From contig DUOU01000136.1 in assembly GCA_012838685.1 (NCBI GenBank), positions 1 through 39,240 on the forward strand: a stretch of 39,240 nucleotides of DNA, given 5' to 3'. A program made the translations under genes and the position numbers. Origin of the DNA: Bacteroidota bacterium (GTDB taxonomy: Bacteria > Bacteroidota > Bacteroidia > Bacteroidales > VadinHA17). Positions 13,993 to 23,681 of the stretch are shown piece after piece (position 1 is the stretch's first letter; each line of letters starts with the position of its first letter). The notes under the pieces are model-generated. The model worked only from the letters and a program-made list of their open reading frames with translations. It made no database searches and was not told where the DNA came from.

Positions 13993-16404
13993 ATGAAAAA
14001 TTCAATTTACAATCATGAATCGGTGAAGATACCATTTTTGGCGTTGTTGCTGTTCCTGTTTTTTATGCGTAGTATTCCCTGTTTTTCCCAGGCCGATGCC
14101 CTGACTATGGCCAGGCTGGTAGAGCGGATGGACTCGGTTGCCGGGGGCGAGCCTCCCCAGATTGTGTACCTTCAAACGAGCAAGGGGGTTTACGAGCCCA
14201 TGGAGGACCTGTGGTTCAAGGCCTACATCATGGACTCCCGGGCTCACTCTCCATCCAAGTTATGCCAGACCCTTTACCTCGAGATGATAAACGAGAGCTC
14301 CGGACAGGTGGTTTGGCGGGAGAAGTACCTGGCGACGGACGGCTTCGTCGACGGACATGTTTACGTCCACGACACGCTATCGGTCGGGGACTACCTCCTG
14401 GCGGCATACACGAGCCTATCCTATTACGGCGACGACCCGGAGATGAAGGCCGTGAGAAGGGTACAGGTAAGGAGCGAACTTTTGCCCAACTACGACGGAT
14501 GGGTCGGGCCGACAAAAAAAACAATTGTGTCCGAAGAAAAAGAAACCCCTGTCCAGTTCAACACCTTTCCCGAGGGGGGCAACCTTGTAGCGGGCGTTGA
14601 GGGCAGGATAGCGTTCAAGGCGGTGAACCCCGACGGGACTCCCGTCAACGCGAGGGGAACCCTTTTCGAGGGATCGGACGCCCTGTTGGCTTTCGAGAGC
14701 GAACACGACGGCATGGGCAGTTTCATGTTCACGCCGGAGATCGGCAAGGAGTACAGGATACGCCTTTCGGAACCCTATACGGACAGCGTTTACATGTTGC
14801 CGGAAATTTACGGCGAAGGCGTAAGCCTACGGCTGGCTTCCAGGAACGATGATTTCCTGGAGTTCAGGGTATCCCGGGGCCCGTTCGCGAGAGGGGGAAC
14901 CGTCTATCTCATGGGCCAGATACGGGGGATACTGTGCTGCATAGCCAGCGGGGAACTTACGGACGAGCTGACGGTGAGGATACCGCTCGAAGAGTTCCCT
15001 TTCCAGGGGATAGCCGAGTTCACCCTGTTCGACGGCGACCTGGTCCCGATAGCGGAACGACTCGTTTACATTCACCCCGAAAAAAAACTGTACGTCACCA
15101 CCGAACTGGACAAAAACAGATATGATACCAGGGAAAAGGTGACCGTCAAGATAACGGTCAAGGACGAGAACGGGGAGCCGGCGAAGGCCAACCTCGGGGT
15201 GACCGTGCACGACAGACTGCACCAAAACCTGTCGGACCCCCTGAACATGTTCACTTACTGTTACCTGACATCACAACTGAGGGGGAAAATCCACGGTCCT
15301 GGGTACTACTTCGACGAACGAAACAAAGACAGGGAGGAGGCCATGGACCTTCTGATGCTGACACAAGGTTGGAGAAGGTACGTATGGAGCGCCGCTGACC
15401 CCGCGCCGAACGATACAGAGGAGCGACGTGTAGTCTATGACTGGGTGGAAGGAGAACTGGGCGCTAAAGCGATGATGAGAAACAGGGTCTCGTTGGAAGA
15501 GCAGTACGTGAAGGTGTATTTCCCGAACTCGAGCGACGAGGCGTATTTCGTTTCGGCCGACAGCGCAGGGAAATTCGCGATTACGCCGGAACACCTTGAA
15601 GCGGGACGTGGAAGCTACGTCTATATGTCGCCAATGGGGGAGAAAAATCTCGGACTCACGATAGACCTTAAAGATCCGTTCGAGGCTATCGACTTGGCCA
15701 TGAGGGGAAAGGAGACGAACTACCCCCTCGCGGGTACGGCCCGGTCATCCGAAGAGGATGTCCCTTTGGGCCGGTACGTGGAAGGGATGAGGACACTTGA
15801 ACTCCCGGAGGTCACGGTCAAGGCCCGGGGCGAGGCGGTTTTTCGCGACAGGTATATCGGACGCCTGGACAGCATAGCGAAATCCGAAACGGGCGTATGG
15901 GTATGTATCCATGGGTATCTTGAAAACTATATTGAAGGTTACTCCCATGTTACAGCGTGTACTGATCCCACAATAAAAATTAAGCCTGTTGAAGGAGAAA
16001 CATATAGAGTTGTTAAATATAGCGAGGTGAAAGAACATGGAAGAAGGATTGTACTTGATGTCTACGATGTCGTGTACCAACACCCCAAGATCAGCGAGGA
16101 GGAGCTATTGAAGATGAACAATCTGTCGAGGATCAGGGCCTACTATGTACACAGGGAGTTCTACCGGCCGGTGTACGATGAAACGTCTCCTCCCGACGGA
16201 TACCCCGATTTCCGAAACACCCTGCTATGGAGCCCGCTGACGGTCACGGACGAAAACGGGGAGGCAACGGTGGAGTTCTACTGTTCGGACCTAAACACCG
16301 GATTCGTGGGGACAATCGAAGGGCTGAACGGTGAGGGGCTGCTGTGTAACGAGAACTTCGAGTTTTCGGTGATCAAGGCGAAACCCTCCGATCAGGGGAA
16401 TTAA
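13993..16404 (+). CDS. Large secreted MG2/alpha-2-macroglobulin-like N-terminal domain protein, GC-rich
   Basis: It has a signal peptide. It shows YLQTSKGVYEPMEDLWFKAYI...LYLEMINESSGQVVW...VGDYLLAAYTS and repeated Ig-like segments. It shares this N-terminal architecture with the CDS at 38374. Many spurious overlapping ORFs reflect its high GC. Confidence 0.65.
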   Translation: MKNSIYNHESVKIPFLALLLFLFFMRSIPCFSQADALTMARLVERMDSVAGGEPPQIVYLQTSKGVYEPMEDLWFKAYIMDSRAHSPSKLCQTLYLEMINESSGQVVWREKYLATDGFVDGHVYVHDTLSVGDYLLAAYTSLSYYGDDPEMKAVRRVQVRSELLPNYDGWVGPTKKTIVSEEKETPVQFNTFPEGGNLVAGVEGRIAFKAVNPDGTPVNARGTLFEGSDALLAFESEHDGMGSFMFTPEIGKEYRIRLSEPYTDSVYMLPEIYGEGVSLRLASRNDDFLEFRVSRGPFARGGTVYLMGQIRGILCCIASGELTDELTVRIPLEEFPFQGIAEFTLFDGDLVPIAERLVYIHPEKKLYVTTELDKNRYDTREKVTVKITVKDENGEPAKANLGVTVHDRLHQNLSDPLNMFTYCYLTSQLRGKIHGPGYYFDERNKDREEAMDLLMLTQGWRRYVWSAADPAPNDTEERRVVYDWVEGELGAKAMMRNRVSLEEQYVKVYFPNSSDEAYFVSADSAGKFAITPEHLEAGRGSYVYMSPMGEKNLGLTIDLKDPFEAIDLAMRGKETNYPLAGTARSSEEDVPLGRYVEGMRTLELPEVTVKARGEAVFRDRYIGRLDSIAKSETGVWVCIHGYLENYIEGYSHVTACTDPTIKIKPVEGETYRVVKYSEVKEHGRRIVLDVYDVVYQHPKISEEELLKMNNLSRIRAYYVHREFYRPVYDETSPPDGYPDFRNTLLWSPLTVTDENGEATVEFYCSDLNTGFVGTIEGLNGEGLLCNENFEFSVIKAKPSDQGN

Positions 16405-16433
16405 AACAGGATAAAAATTGTATCTTTGAATTT

Positions 16434-16724
16434 ATGAAAGATAAAAATGAGATATTAAATAAATTAACCGATTTGAAGCCAATTTTACGCAGGGACTATT
16501 CTGTCAAGGAAATTGGATTATTTGGTTCTTTCGTCGATAATTCGTTTACAGATGAAAGCGACATAGATTTACTCGTTGAATTTGAAAGACCCATCGGATG
16601 GAAATGCTTTACATTGGAAATTTATCTTGAAAATATTTTTGGGCGTAAAATTGACTTGGTGATCAAAAACGCTTTAAAGGAACAGATTAAAGATAAGATT
16701 TTGAAACAGGTAAATTATGCGTAA
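16434..16724 (+). CDS. mntA: MntA-type nucleotidyltransferase antitoxin (HepT/MNT family)
   Basis: It has the GLFGSFVDNSFTDESDIDLLVEF (GS...DxD) minimal nucleotidyltransferase motif and is 96 aa. Confidence 0.8.
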   Translation: MKDKNEILNKLTDLKPILRRDYSVKEIGLFGSFVDNSFTDESDIDLLVEFERPIGWKCFTLEIYLENIFGRKIDLVIKNALKEQIKDKILKQVNYA

Positions 16725-16851
16725 TGTGAAAAAAGTGGATTATGAAATAATTTGGGATATCGCGACAAATTATTTGCCCGAAAATAAAAATCAGATTGAT
16801 CAGATAATCATAAAAATGAAGTGGTCTAATTGCTTCGGACACTGTTTTTAA
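16717..16851 (+). pseudogene. Truncated HepT (DUF86) toxin remnant, C-terminal tail only
   Basis: A 44-codon ORF overlaps the mntA stop codon. MRNVKKVDYEIIWDIATNYLPENKNQIDQII matches the extreme C-terminus of HepT (VD...vW..v...LP.L...i..i). The Rx4HxY catalytic region is absent. Confidence 0.5.
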
Positions 16852-16910
16852 TTTTCTTAATTTATTTCTTTTATTCGTTCTTTGACAAATATAACCGATT
16901 AGTTTCTTTG

Positions 16911-17039
16911 TTAAGCGGCATTCATGAACTTTACCGCGGGAGAGGCATAATCCAGGATTGTTCCCTTTTATTCTTTCAGCGCCTATATGGCGACCTTGGC
17001 CTTGAAGGAGGCGGTAAATTTTCTTCCAGTTGTTTTCAT
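16911..17039 (-). pseudogene. IS3-family OrfA (HTH_Tnp_1) transposase remnant
   Basis: The minus strand reads MKTTGRKFTASFKAKVAI*ALKE*KGTILDYAS.... This is the typical R.F..EFKAKVALEALK..T..ELA start, with two in-frame stops and no downstream OrfB. Confidence 0.5.
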
Positions 17040-17206
17040 GGTGACAGAAATTATAAAGTTAGTAAATTTCTGTCCAAATTTTTTAGACCATTACAGATTT
17101 ACCAATTCATTGATAACTTGTAGCGTACAAGATGAAAACAATATTACTATTTCCAATTTAGCCAGCGATAGCGGTTATAGGCAGTGGAGGTTGTCGAGGG
17201 TAAAAT

Positions 17207-17278
17207 AAAAAATCCCACACCGGTGAGAGACCTTCGAGGCGTAAGAATCGTCAGGCTCGAAACGGTGTGGGATTTTTA
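17207..17278 (-). terminator. Repeated hairpin element, copy B (terminator position downstream of leuB)
   Basis: It has perfect 11-bp outer arms ATCCCACACCG/CGGTGTGGGAT, with a T-run on the minus strand after the hairpin. It is an inverted copy of 248-309. Confidence 0.65.
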
Positions 17279-17301
17279 TGTAAAAAGCAGTGAAATGTTT
17301 C

Positions 17302-18360
17302 CTAGAGCAGTCCGGCTACGAGATCACCCACTTCAGTGGTGGAATATCCCATCTTACCGGCGCCCATACCTTTCAGCTTCTTGGCCGTAACGTGCATCAC
17401 AGCCTCTTCAATAGCCTTTGAGGCGGCAGTTTCGCCAAGGGTATCCAGCATCATCGCTCCGCTTGACACGGCGGCCAGAGGGTTGATGACGTTCATTCCG
17501 GTATATTTCGGGGCCGATCCGCCGATAGGTTCGAACATGGAGACCCCTTCAGGGTTGATATTGCCGCCGGCGGCTATGCCCATACCACCCTGGGTAATCG
17601 CCCCCAGGTCGGTTATAATGTCGCCGAACATGTTGGTGGTGACAATAACGTCGAACCATTCGGGGTTCTTGACCATCCACATACATGTAGCGTCAACATG
17701 ATAGTACTCCCTCTTGATATCGGGGTACTCGGCATCTCCCATCTCGTGGAAAGCCCTCTCCCAAAGGTCGAACACATAGGTTAAAACATTTGTCTTGCCG
17801 CAGAGCGCCAATGTCTTCTTTTTGTTCCTTTTGCGGGCATATTCGAAAGCGTAGCGCAAGCAACGGTCTATCTGGAACCTGGTGTAAATCATGTTCTGGA
17901 CAGCGACCTCATTGGGGGTACCGATCTGCGTGGCACCGCCAACACCGGTATAAACATCGCCCGAGTTCTCGCGAACAACAACGTAATCGATATGCTCGGG
18001 ACCTTTATCTTTCAGGGGTGTTTCCACGCCCGGATAGAGTTTAATAGGGCGAAGGTTGATGTATTGGTCTAGGTCGAATCTCAGTTTAAGCAGGATACCT
18101 TTCTCCAGGATTCCCGGTTTTACGTCGGGGTGGCCAATAGCGCCAAGCAGTATGGAGTCAAACTTTTTCAGCTCTTCGGTAGCATTCTTGGGCAAAACCT
18201 CTCCCGTGCGGAGATATCTCTCGCCGCCGAAGTCAAACTCGTGGAAGTCAAGTTTGAATTTGAACTTTGAAGCCGCGGCGTTGAGCACCTTGATAGCTTC
18301 CCTTACCACCTCGGGGCCTGTTCCGTCGCCCGGTATCGACGCGATGTTGTACGTTTTCAT
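17302..18360 (-). CDS. leuB: 3-isopropylmalate dehydrogenase (isocitrate/isopropylmalate DH family, tartrate-DH-like subgroup)
   Basis: Motifs seen are IPGDGTGPEV, LRP, VVVRENSGDVY, NMFGDIITDLGA and EPIGGSAPKYTG. It is the last gene of the leu block. Confidence 0.8.
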   Translation of the reverse strand: MKTYNIASIPGDGTGPEVVREAIKVLNAAASKFKFKLDFHEFDFGGERYLRTGEVLPKNATEELKKFDSILLGAIGHPDVKPGILEKGILLKLRFDLDQYINLRPIKLYPGVETPLKDKGPEHIDYVVVRENSGDVYTGVGGATQIGTPNEVAVQNMIYTRFQIDRCLRYAFEYARKRNKKKTLALCGKTNVLTYVFDLWERAFHEMGDAEYPDIKREYYHVDATCMWMVKNPEWFDVIVTTNMFGDIITDLGAITQGGMGIAAGGNINPEGVSMFEPIGGSAPKYTGMNVINPLAAVSSGAMMLDTLGETAASKAIEEAVMHVTAKKLKGMGAGKMGYSTTEVGDLVAGLL

Positions 18361-18384
18361 ATTTTATGGGTTTAATGGTTAATC

Positions 18385-19926
18385 TTATGATCTATGTTTG
18401 CCGTTCATAAACTCCTGGTTTTCGATGATATTGAGCATCCTTTCCGTGGCTTTGATAGCCGACTCGGTCTGGTCGGCGTCCAGTCCCTTGGTCTTGAACT
18501 CCTTGCCTTTCAGGTTCCATGAGATCACAGTCTCCACCAAAGCATCGGTCCTTCCTCCCGGAGGTATGGAGACCCTGTAGTCCGTCAACAACGGCAGCTC
18601 TTTTCCAAGTTTTTTGTAGATGATCCTGATAGCCCTCACCAGCGCATCATACTGTCCATCGCCCATAGATATCTCCTGGAAAGGGGTTCCATCGATCTCC
18701 AGCTCCACGCCCGCGAACGGCTTGAGACCGTAGGAGAGGGAGAGTGAGTAGTTCTTTATTTTTACCTTGCGATCAAGAGTGTCGTTACCAAGCATATCGG
18801 CAATTATAAAGGGCAGATCCTCGGCGGTGACATTCTCCTTTTTGTCGCCCAGCTCGATAATCCTCCGGGTCAGCTTGTCAATGTTCTCCTGGCTCAGGTG
18901 TGTGCCGAACTCTTCGAGGTTTTTCTTTATGGAGGCTTTCCCGGATTGTTTTCCGAGCGCGTAAGACCTTTTCCTGCCGAACCTTTCCGGCAGCAGGTTG
19001 TTGAAGTAGAGGTTATCTTTGTTGTCCCCATCGGCGTGGATACCGGAGGTCTGCGTAAAGACAAAATCGCCCACGATAGGCTTGTTGGCCGGTATCCTGA
19101 TCCCCGAAAATGTCTCCACCATCTTGCTCACCTTGGTTATCTCGAACTCGTTGATGTTGGTTTCAGCCTTCAGATGGTCGTGCAGCACACCGATAACACT
19201 CGCCAGAGGAGCGTTTCCGGCTCTCTCGCCCAATCCGTTGATAGTGGTATGTACCCCTGTTACCCCCGCCTTGACCGCCGCCAGGACATTGGCGACCGAC
19301 AGGTCGTAGTCGTTGTGGGGGTGGAAGTCGAACATCATATCCGGAAAGGAGTCGACCACCTTTTTACAAAAATCGTAAGTCTGGTCGGGGGTCAAAATTC
19401 CCAACGTGTCGGGGAGCATGATCCTGCCTATACCGCTTTTCCTCATTGAATCGATCATGAACATCACATAATCCTGTGAGTTGATCATGCCATTGGACCA
19501 ATCTTCAAGGTAGATGTTGACGTCTATCTCCATCTCCCTGGCCCTGTCGATGATTTCCCGGATGTCGGCAATATGTTGCTCAGGTGTCTTGCGCAACTGT
19601 TTTTCCAGGTGACGCAGCGATCCCTTGCAGAGGAGGTTGTTGACCTTTCCGCCGGCATCGTTGATCCAGTTGAGCGAAGTCTCTCCGTCAACGAATCCCA
19701 GCACCTCCACCTTCCGGTGCAGGTTGTTGTGCCTCGCCCAGTTGGTTATCTGTTTTATAGCCTCAAATTCGCCTTTGGAGATGCGGGCCGATGAAACTTC
19801 AATACGATCGACCTTGAGCTCTTTGAGCAGCATCTTGGCGATGTGGAGCTTCTCCTGGGGAGTGTATGAAACCCCCTGGGTCTGTTCCCCGTCGCGCAAT
19901 GTGGTATCAAGTATCTCTATCCTCAT
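18385..19926 (-). CDS. Citramalate synthase-like / second 2-isopropylmalate synthase family enzyme
   Basis: It starts [19 protein letters not shown] and has HPHNDYDLSVAN and a C-terminal LeuA-type regulatory domain. It is a paralogue of the leuA gene at 22054-23547. Confidence 0.75.
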   Translation of the reverse strand: MRIEILDTTLRDGEQTQGVSYTPQEKLHIAKMLLKELKVDRIEVSSARISKGEFEAIKQITNWARHNNLHRKVEVLGFVDGETSLNWINDAGGKVNNLLCKGSLRHLEKQLRKTPEQHIADIREIIDRAREMEIDVNIYLEDWSNGMINSQDYVMFMIDSMRKSGIGRIMLPDTLGILTPDQTYDFCKKVVDSFPDMMFDFHPHNDYDLSVANVLAAVKAGVTGVHTTINGLGERAGNAPLASVIGVLHDHLKAETNINEFEITKVSKMVETFSGIRIPANKPIVGDFVFTQTSGIHADGDNKDNLYFNNLLPERFGRKRSYALGKQSGKASIKKNLEEFGTHLSQENIDKLTRRIIELGDKKENVTAEDLPFIIADMLGNDTLDRKVKIKNYSLSLSYGLKPFAGVELEIDGTPFQEISMGDGQYDALVRAIRIIYKKLGKELPLLTDYRVSIPPGGRTDALVETVISWNLKGKEFKTKGLDADQTESAIKATERMLNIIENQEFMNGKHRS

Positions 19927-19962
19927 GGTCCATTCTTTTTTGTTTTTGTGATAAGGCCCCTA

Positions 19963-20556
19963 CTAATTTCTACTGTTTTCGTAATCGATAATTACATCTT
20001 TGATGCTTAACAGATAATCGATATCGTCAAGCCCCTTCATCAGACACTCCTTCTTATACGCGTTTATCTCGAATTTTATCGGTTCACCGTCGGGCATCAC
20101 GGAAAACTCCTGTTTGCCGAGATCTATCTTCACCATTGTCGATGGATCTTTTTTTATCAACGCCAGCAGGTTTTTAAGGTATTTTTCGGGCACTATCACC
20201 GGCAAGAGACCGTTGTTAAGCGAGTTGTTCCTGAAAATATCGGCGAAGAAGCTGGAAACAACCACCCTGAAACCGTAATCGGTTATGGCCCATACCGCGT
20301 GTTCCCTGCTGGACCCGGAACCGAAGTTTTTACCGGCAACCAACACTTCACCGCTGTAAGTTGGGTTGTTCAATACGAAGTCGGTGTTCTTGTTTCCCGT
20401 TTTGTCATACCTCCAGTCGCGGAAAAGGTTTTCTCCGAACCCCTCCCGGGTGGTGGCGCTCAGGAACCTTGCGGGTATAATCTGGTCGGTATCCACATTT
20501 TCCAGTGGCAGTGGAACACATCTGCTCTCCAATATCTCGAATTTCTTTTTGCTCAT
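19963..20556 (-). CDS. leuD: 3-isopropylmalate dehydratase small subunit
   Basis: It has NVDTDQIIPARFL and GKNFGSGSSREHA, is 197 aa and lies next to leuC. Confidence 0.9.
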   Translation of the reverse strand: MSKKKFEILESRCVPLPLENVDTDQIIPARFLSATTREGFGENLFRDWRYDKTGNKNTDFVLNNPTYSGEVLVAGKNFGSGSSREHAVWAITDYGFRVVVSSFFADIFRNNSLNNGLLPVIVPEKYLKNLLALIKKDPSTMVKIDLGKQEFSVMPDGEPIKFEINAYKKECLMKGLDDIDYLLSIKDVIIDYENSRN

Positions 20557-20599
20557 ATTTTTTAATCTATCGGCTTTTAAGGAAGCCCGTTGTTTATTG

Positions 20600-22000
20600 T
20601 TATAAAAATTTCCTGGGGTCGGTTATTTTTCCGGTTATGGCCGCCGCCGCCGCTGTCAACGGACTGGCAAGCAATGTTCTGGCACCCGGACCTTGCCGAC
20701 CCTCAAAGTTTCTGTTGGAGGTGGCAACGGCATATTTTCCGGCTGGTATCTTGTCCTCGTTCATGGCGAGGCATGAGGAGCAGCCGGGTTGACGAAGCTC
20801 GAAGCCGGCGGCTTCCAGTATCTTGTCGAGTCCCTCTTCCCTGGCCTGTTTTTCCACCAGTTTCGATCCCGGTACCAGGAGCGCGGTTATGTTGGAAGCC
20901 TTTTTCCTGCCTTTTACAAGTTTCGCGAAAGCCCTGAAATCCTCGATCCTGCCGTTGGTGCAACTTCCCAGAAAAACATAATCCACTGTGTGTCCTTCCA
21001 ACTTCTCGCCGGGCGTGAAACCCATATAGTCGAGTGATTTAAGGAACGATGCCGATGTGTCGGGGTTTATGTCGTCAACTTCCGGTATGGTATCGTTAAT
21101 AGCCATTCCCATTCCGGGATTGGTGCCGTAAGTTATCATCGGCTTGATCTTGGAGGCGTCGAATGATATCTCCCTGTCGAATTCGGCACCGTCGTCGGTT
21201 TTCAGCTTTTCCCATTTTCCGATAAGTTGCGGGAGATCTGCCCGTCCGCTGATCGCGGGAATGGTTTTAAGGTATTCAAAGGTGGTTTCATCGGGAGCTA
21301 TAAGACCGCCCCTGGCGCCCATTTCGATGCTCATATTGCAGACAGTCATCCTCTCCTCCATGCTCATCGCTTTGAAAGTGGTTCCCGCGTATTCAACAAA
21401 ATAACCTGTCGCTCCACCGGTGGAGAGTTGCGAGATTATATAAAGAATGACATCCTTGGCGGTCACCCCTTTACCAAGGGCGCCATTGACGTTTATCCTC
21501 ATCTTTTTCGGCTTTGGCTGGAGGATGCACTGTGTTGAGAGAACCATCTCCACCTCGCTGGTGCCTATACCGAAAGCAACGGCTCCAAATGCTCCGTGGG
21601 TGGAGGTGTGGCTATCGCCGCACACAATCGTGCTTCCCGGCAGGGTATAACCAAGTTCGGGGCCCACAACGTGCACTATGCCGTTGTTTGGGTGGTTCAG
21701 GCCGAAGTAGTTGATACCGAACTCAGCCGTGTTTTTGGCCAGTTGTTCAACCTGTATCCTCGACTTTTCGTCCTTTATGGGTTTATCCTGATCCTTGGTG
21801 GGGATGTTATGGTCGGCCGTGGCCAGTGTCTGTTCGGGCCTGAAAACCTTTATGCCCCTCTTTCTGAGACCGGCGAATGCCTGCGGGCTGGTTACCTCAT
21901 GTATGAAATGACGGTCGATATAGAGCACGTCGGGTCCCTCCTCTATGGAGCGGACTACATGGGAATCCCATATTTTGTCGAATAATGTCTGTTTGCTCAT
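20600..22000 (-). CDS. leuC: 3-isopropylmalate dehydratase large subunit
   Basis: It has aconitase-family motifs [41 protein letters not shown] and [10 protein letters not shown]. Confidence 0.95.
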   Translation of the reverse strand: MSKQTLFDKIWDSHVVRSIEEGPDVLYIDRHFIHEVTSPQAFAGLRKRGIKVFRPEQTLATADHNIPTKDQDKPIKDEKSRIQVEQLAKNTAEFGINYFGLNHPNNGIVHVVGPELGYTLPGSTIVCGDSHTSTHGAFGAVAFGIGTSEVEMVLSTQCILQPKPKKMRINVNGALGKGVTAKDVILYIISQLSTGGATGYFVEYAGTTFKAMSMEERMTVCNMSIEMGARGGLIAPDETTFEYLKTIPAISGRADLPQLIGKWEKLKTDDGAEFDREISFDASKIKPMITYGTNPGMGMAINDTIPEVDDINPDTSASFLKSLDYMGFTPGEKLEGHTVDYVFLGSCTNGRIEDFRAFAKLVKGRKKASNITALLVPGSKLVEKQAREEGLDKILEAAGFELRQPGCSSCLAMNEDKIPAGKYAVATSNRNFEGRQGPGARTLLASPLTAAAAAITGKITDPRKFL

Positions 22001-22053
22001 TTTTTGTTTTATCGTGCGGCTCCTCCGGGTTGGGACTCGCCACTGGCGTTAAA

Positions 22054-23547
22054 TTATTTTATTTTTGAGATAGCGTCAAGAAAAGCTTCCACGGCGGCCG
22101 TAACTATATCGGTGTTGGTGCCGAAACCATAGTAAGTCCTTTCATTGTGTCTTATCTGTATATGCACCTTGCCAAAGTCGTTGCTTCCCCTGGTAATAGC
22201 CTGAACCAGGAACTCCTCAAGATGAACGGTCTTGCTGATAAGGTGTTTTACCGCGCTGAAGGCCGCGTCCACGGGACCGTTGCCGGCAGCGGTAGAGGTG
22301 TGGACCTCGCCATTGATACGGATTCCCACAGTAGCCACCGGTATAGCCGATTTTCCGCAGATAACCTGCAGGTGTTCCAGCGCTAGGCCATTTCCGCCCT
22401 GTCTCTTCTCTCCCGTGAGGATGCGGATATCCTCATCTTTTATCTCTTTTTTCTTGTCGGCCAGGATCAGGAAGCGGTGGTAAATATCGTCAAGTTCCTC
22501 CTTGCTGTAATGGTATCCCATCTGTTCAAGGTGGTGGTTAAGCGCCGCCCTTCCGCTGCGGGCGGTAAGGATTATAGATGACTCGCGTACCCCGACATCC
22601 ACGGGATCTATGATCTCGTAGTTTTCCCTGTTTTTAAGTACCCCGTCCTGGTGGATTCCCGAGGAGTGAGCGAAAGCGTTACGGCCCACGATGGCTTTGT
22701 TGGGCTGTACAGGCATGCTCATCAGTCCTGAGACCATCTGGCTTGTACTGAAAATCTTTTTGGTGTCTATGTTTGTCTCCAGACCCAGGCTTTTATGGCT
22801 CTTCAAGATCATGACTATCTCCTCAAGAGCGGTATTTCCGGCTCTTTCTCCCACACCGTTCATGGTAACCTCAACCTGGCGGGCGCCGTTGATGATACCA
22901 CTGATAGTGTTGGCCGTTGCCATGCCAAGATCGTTGTGGCAATGGGTTGAAATAGTCGCTTTGTGGATATTGGGAACATTGTCAACCAAGTATTTGATCT
23001 TGGCTCCGTATTCGGCGGGGAGACAGTAACCTGTGGTATCCGGTATGTTTACCACGGTGGCTCCGGCCTCTATGACGGCTTCAATGACACGGGCCAGGTA
23101 TTCGTTGTCCGTTCTTCCGGCATCCTCGGCGTAGAACTCTACATCATCAACAAACTTGCGGGCATATTTCACGGCGTCACAAGCCCTGCGAATGATCTCT
23201 TCCGGTGTTGTTTTGATCTTGTACTGGATATGGAAAGGTGACGTGCCTATACCGGTGTGAATCCTTTTCCTTGTGGCATGCTGAAGCGCTTCGGCGGCCA
23301 CTTCGATATCTTTTTTAATGGCGCGCGTAAGCGCGCATATTGTGGGGTTTTTGATAGCTTTCGATATCTCTACCACCGAGTTGAAGTCGCCCGGACTGGA
23401 GATTGGAAAGCCGGCTTCGACAACATCTACTCCCAGCGCTTCGAGCGCTTTGGCTATCTCTATTTTTTCAATAGTGTTCAATTGGCACCCTGGTACCTGT
23501 TCCCCATCCCTTAAGGTGGTGTCGAAGATTTTTACTTTTTCGCTCAT
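22054..23547 (-). CDS. leuA: 2-isopropylmalate synthase
   Basis: It has [37 protein letters not shown] and a C-terminal regulatory domain. Confidence 0.9.
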   Translation of the reverse strand: MSEKVKIFDTTLRDGEQVPGCQLNTIEKIEIAKALEALGVDVVEAGFPISSPGDFNSVVEISKAIKNPTICALTRAIKKDIEVAAEALQHATRKRIHTGIGTSPFHIQYKIKTTPEEIIRRACDAVKYARKFVDDVEFYAEDAGRTDNEYLARVIEAVIEAGATVVNIPDTTGYCLPAEYGAKIKYLVDNVPNIHKATISTHCHNDLGMATANTISGIINGARQVEVTMNGVGERAGNTALEEIVMILKSHKSLGLETNIDTKKIFSTSQMVSGLMSMPVQPNKAIVGRNAFAHSSGIHQDGVLKNRENYEIIDPVDVGVRESSIILTARSGRAALNHHLEQMGYHYSKEELDDIYHRFLILADKKKEIKDEDIRILTGEKRQGGNGLALEHLQVICGKSAIPVATVGIRINGEVHTSTAAGNGPVDAAFSAVKHLISKTVHLEEFLVQAITRGSNDFGKVHIQIRHNERTYYGFGTNTDIVTAAVEAFLDAISKIK

Positions 23548-23681
23548 TATCGTTTTAATAAAATTTTAATAAAAACCGCCATTGATTCAGGGAAGTCGCG
23601 GAAGGGCAGTCCGAAAAAACGCCCTTCCGGCTTCCGGTGATACAACTATTCACGGGACAATCCCGTATTAAAACCTACAGT

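Noticed and set aside
14002-16083. More than ten overlapping ORFs of 60-132 aa on both strands inside 13993-16404
   Set aside because: They are rich in Arg, Pro and Gly, as expected for out-of-frame reading of high-GC DNA. They are fully nested in a long ORF with recognisable domain architecture.
16830-17390. Three overlapping plus-strand ORFs (97, 73 and 68 aa)
   Set aside because: They cover the IS3 OrfA remnant (antisense), the hairpin repeat and the antisense 3' end of leuB. None shows coding features.
23547-23629. An ilvC-leuA spacer considered as a leucine attenuator. It has a 9-bp GC hairpin (23599-23629) and an 11-codon u[14 protein letters not shown] (23547-23582, minus strand), whose stop overlaps the leuA ATG.
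   Set aside because: The uORF has only two Leu codons, the hairpin precedes it rather than following it, and there is no U-tract. It is more likely an mRNA processing or stability element, and the uORF may be fortuitous.
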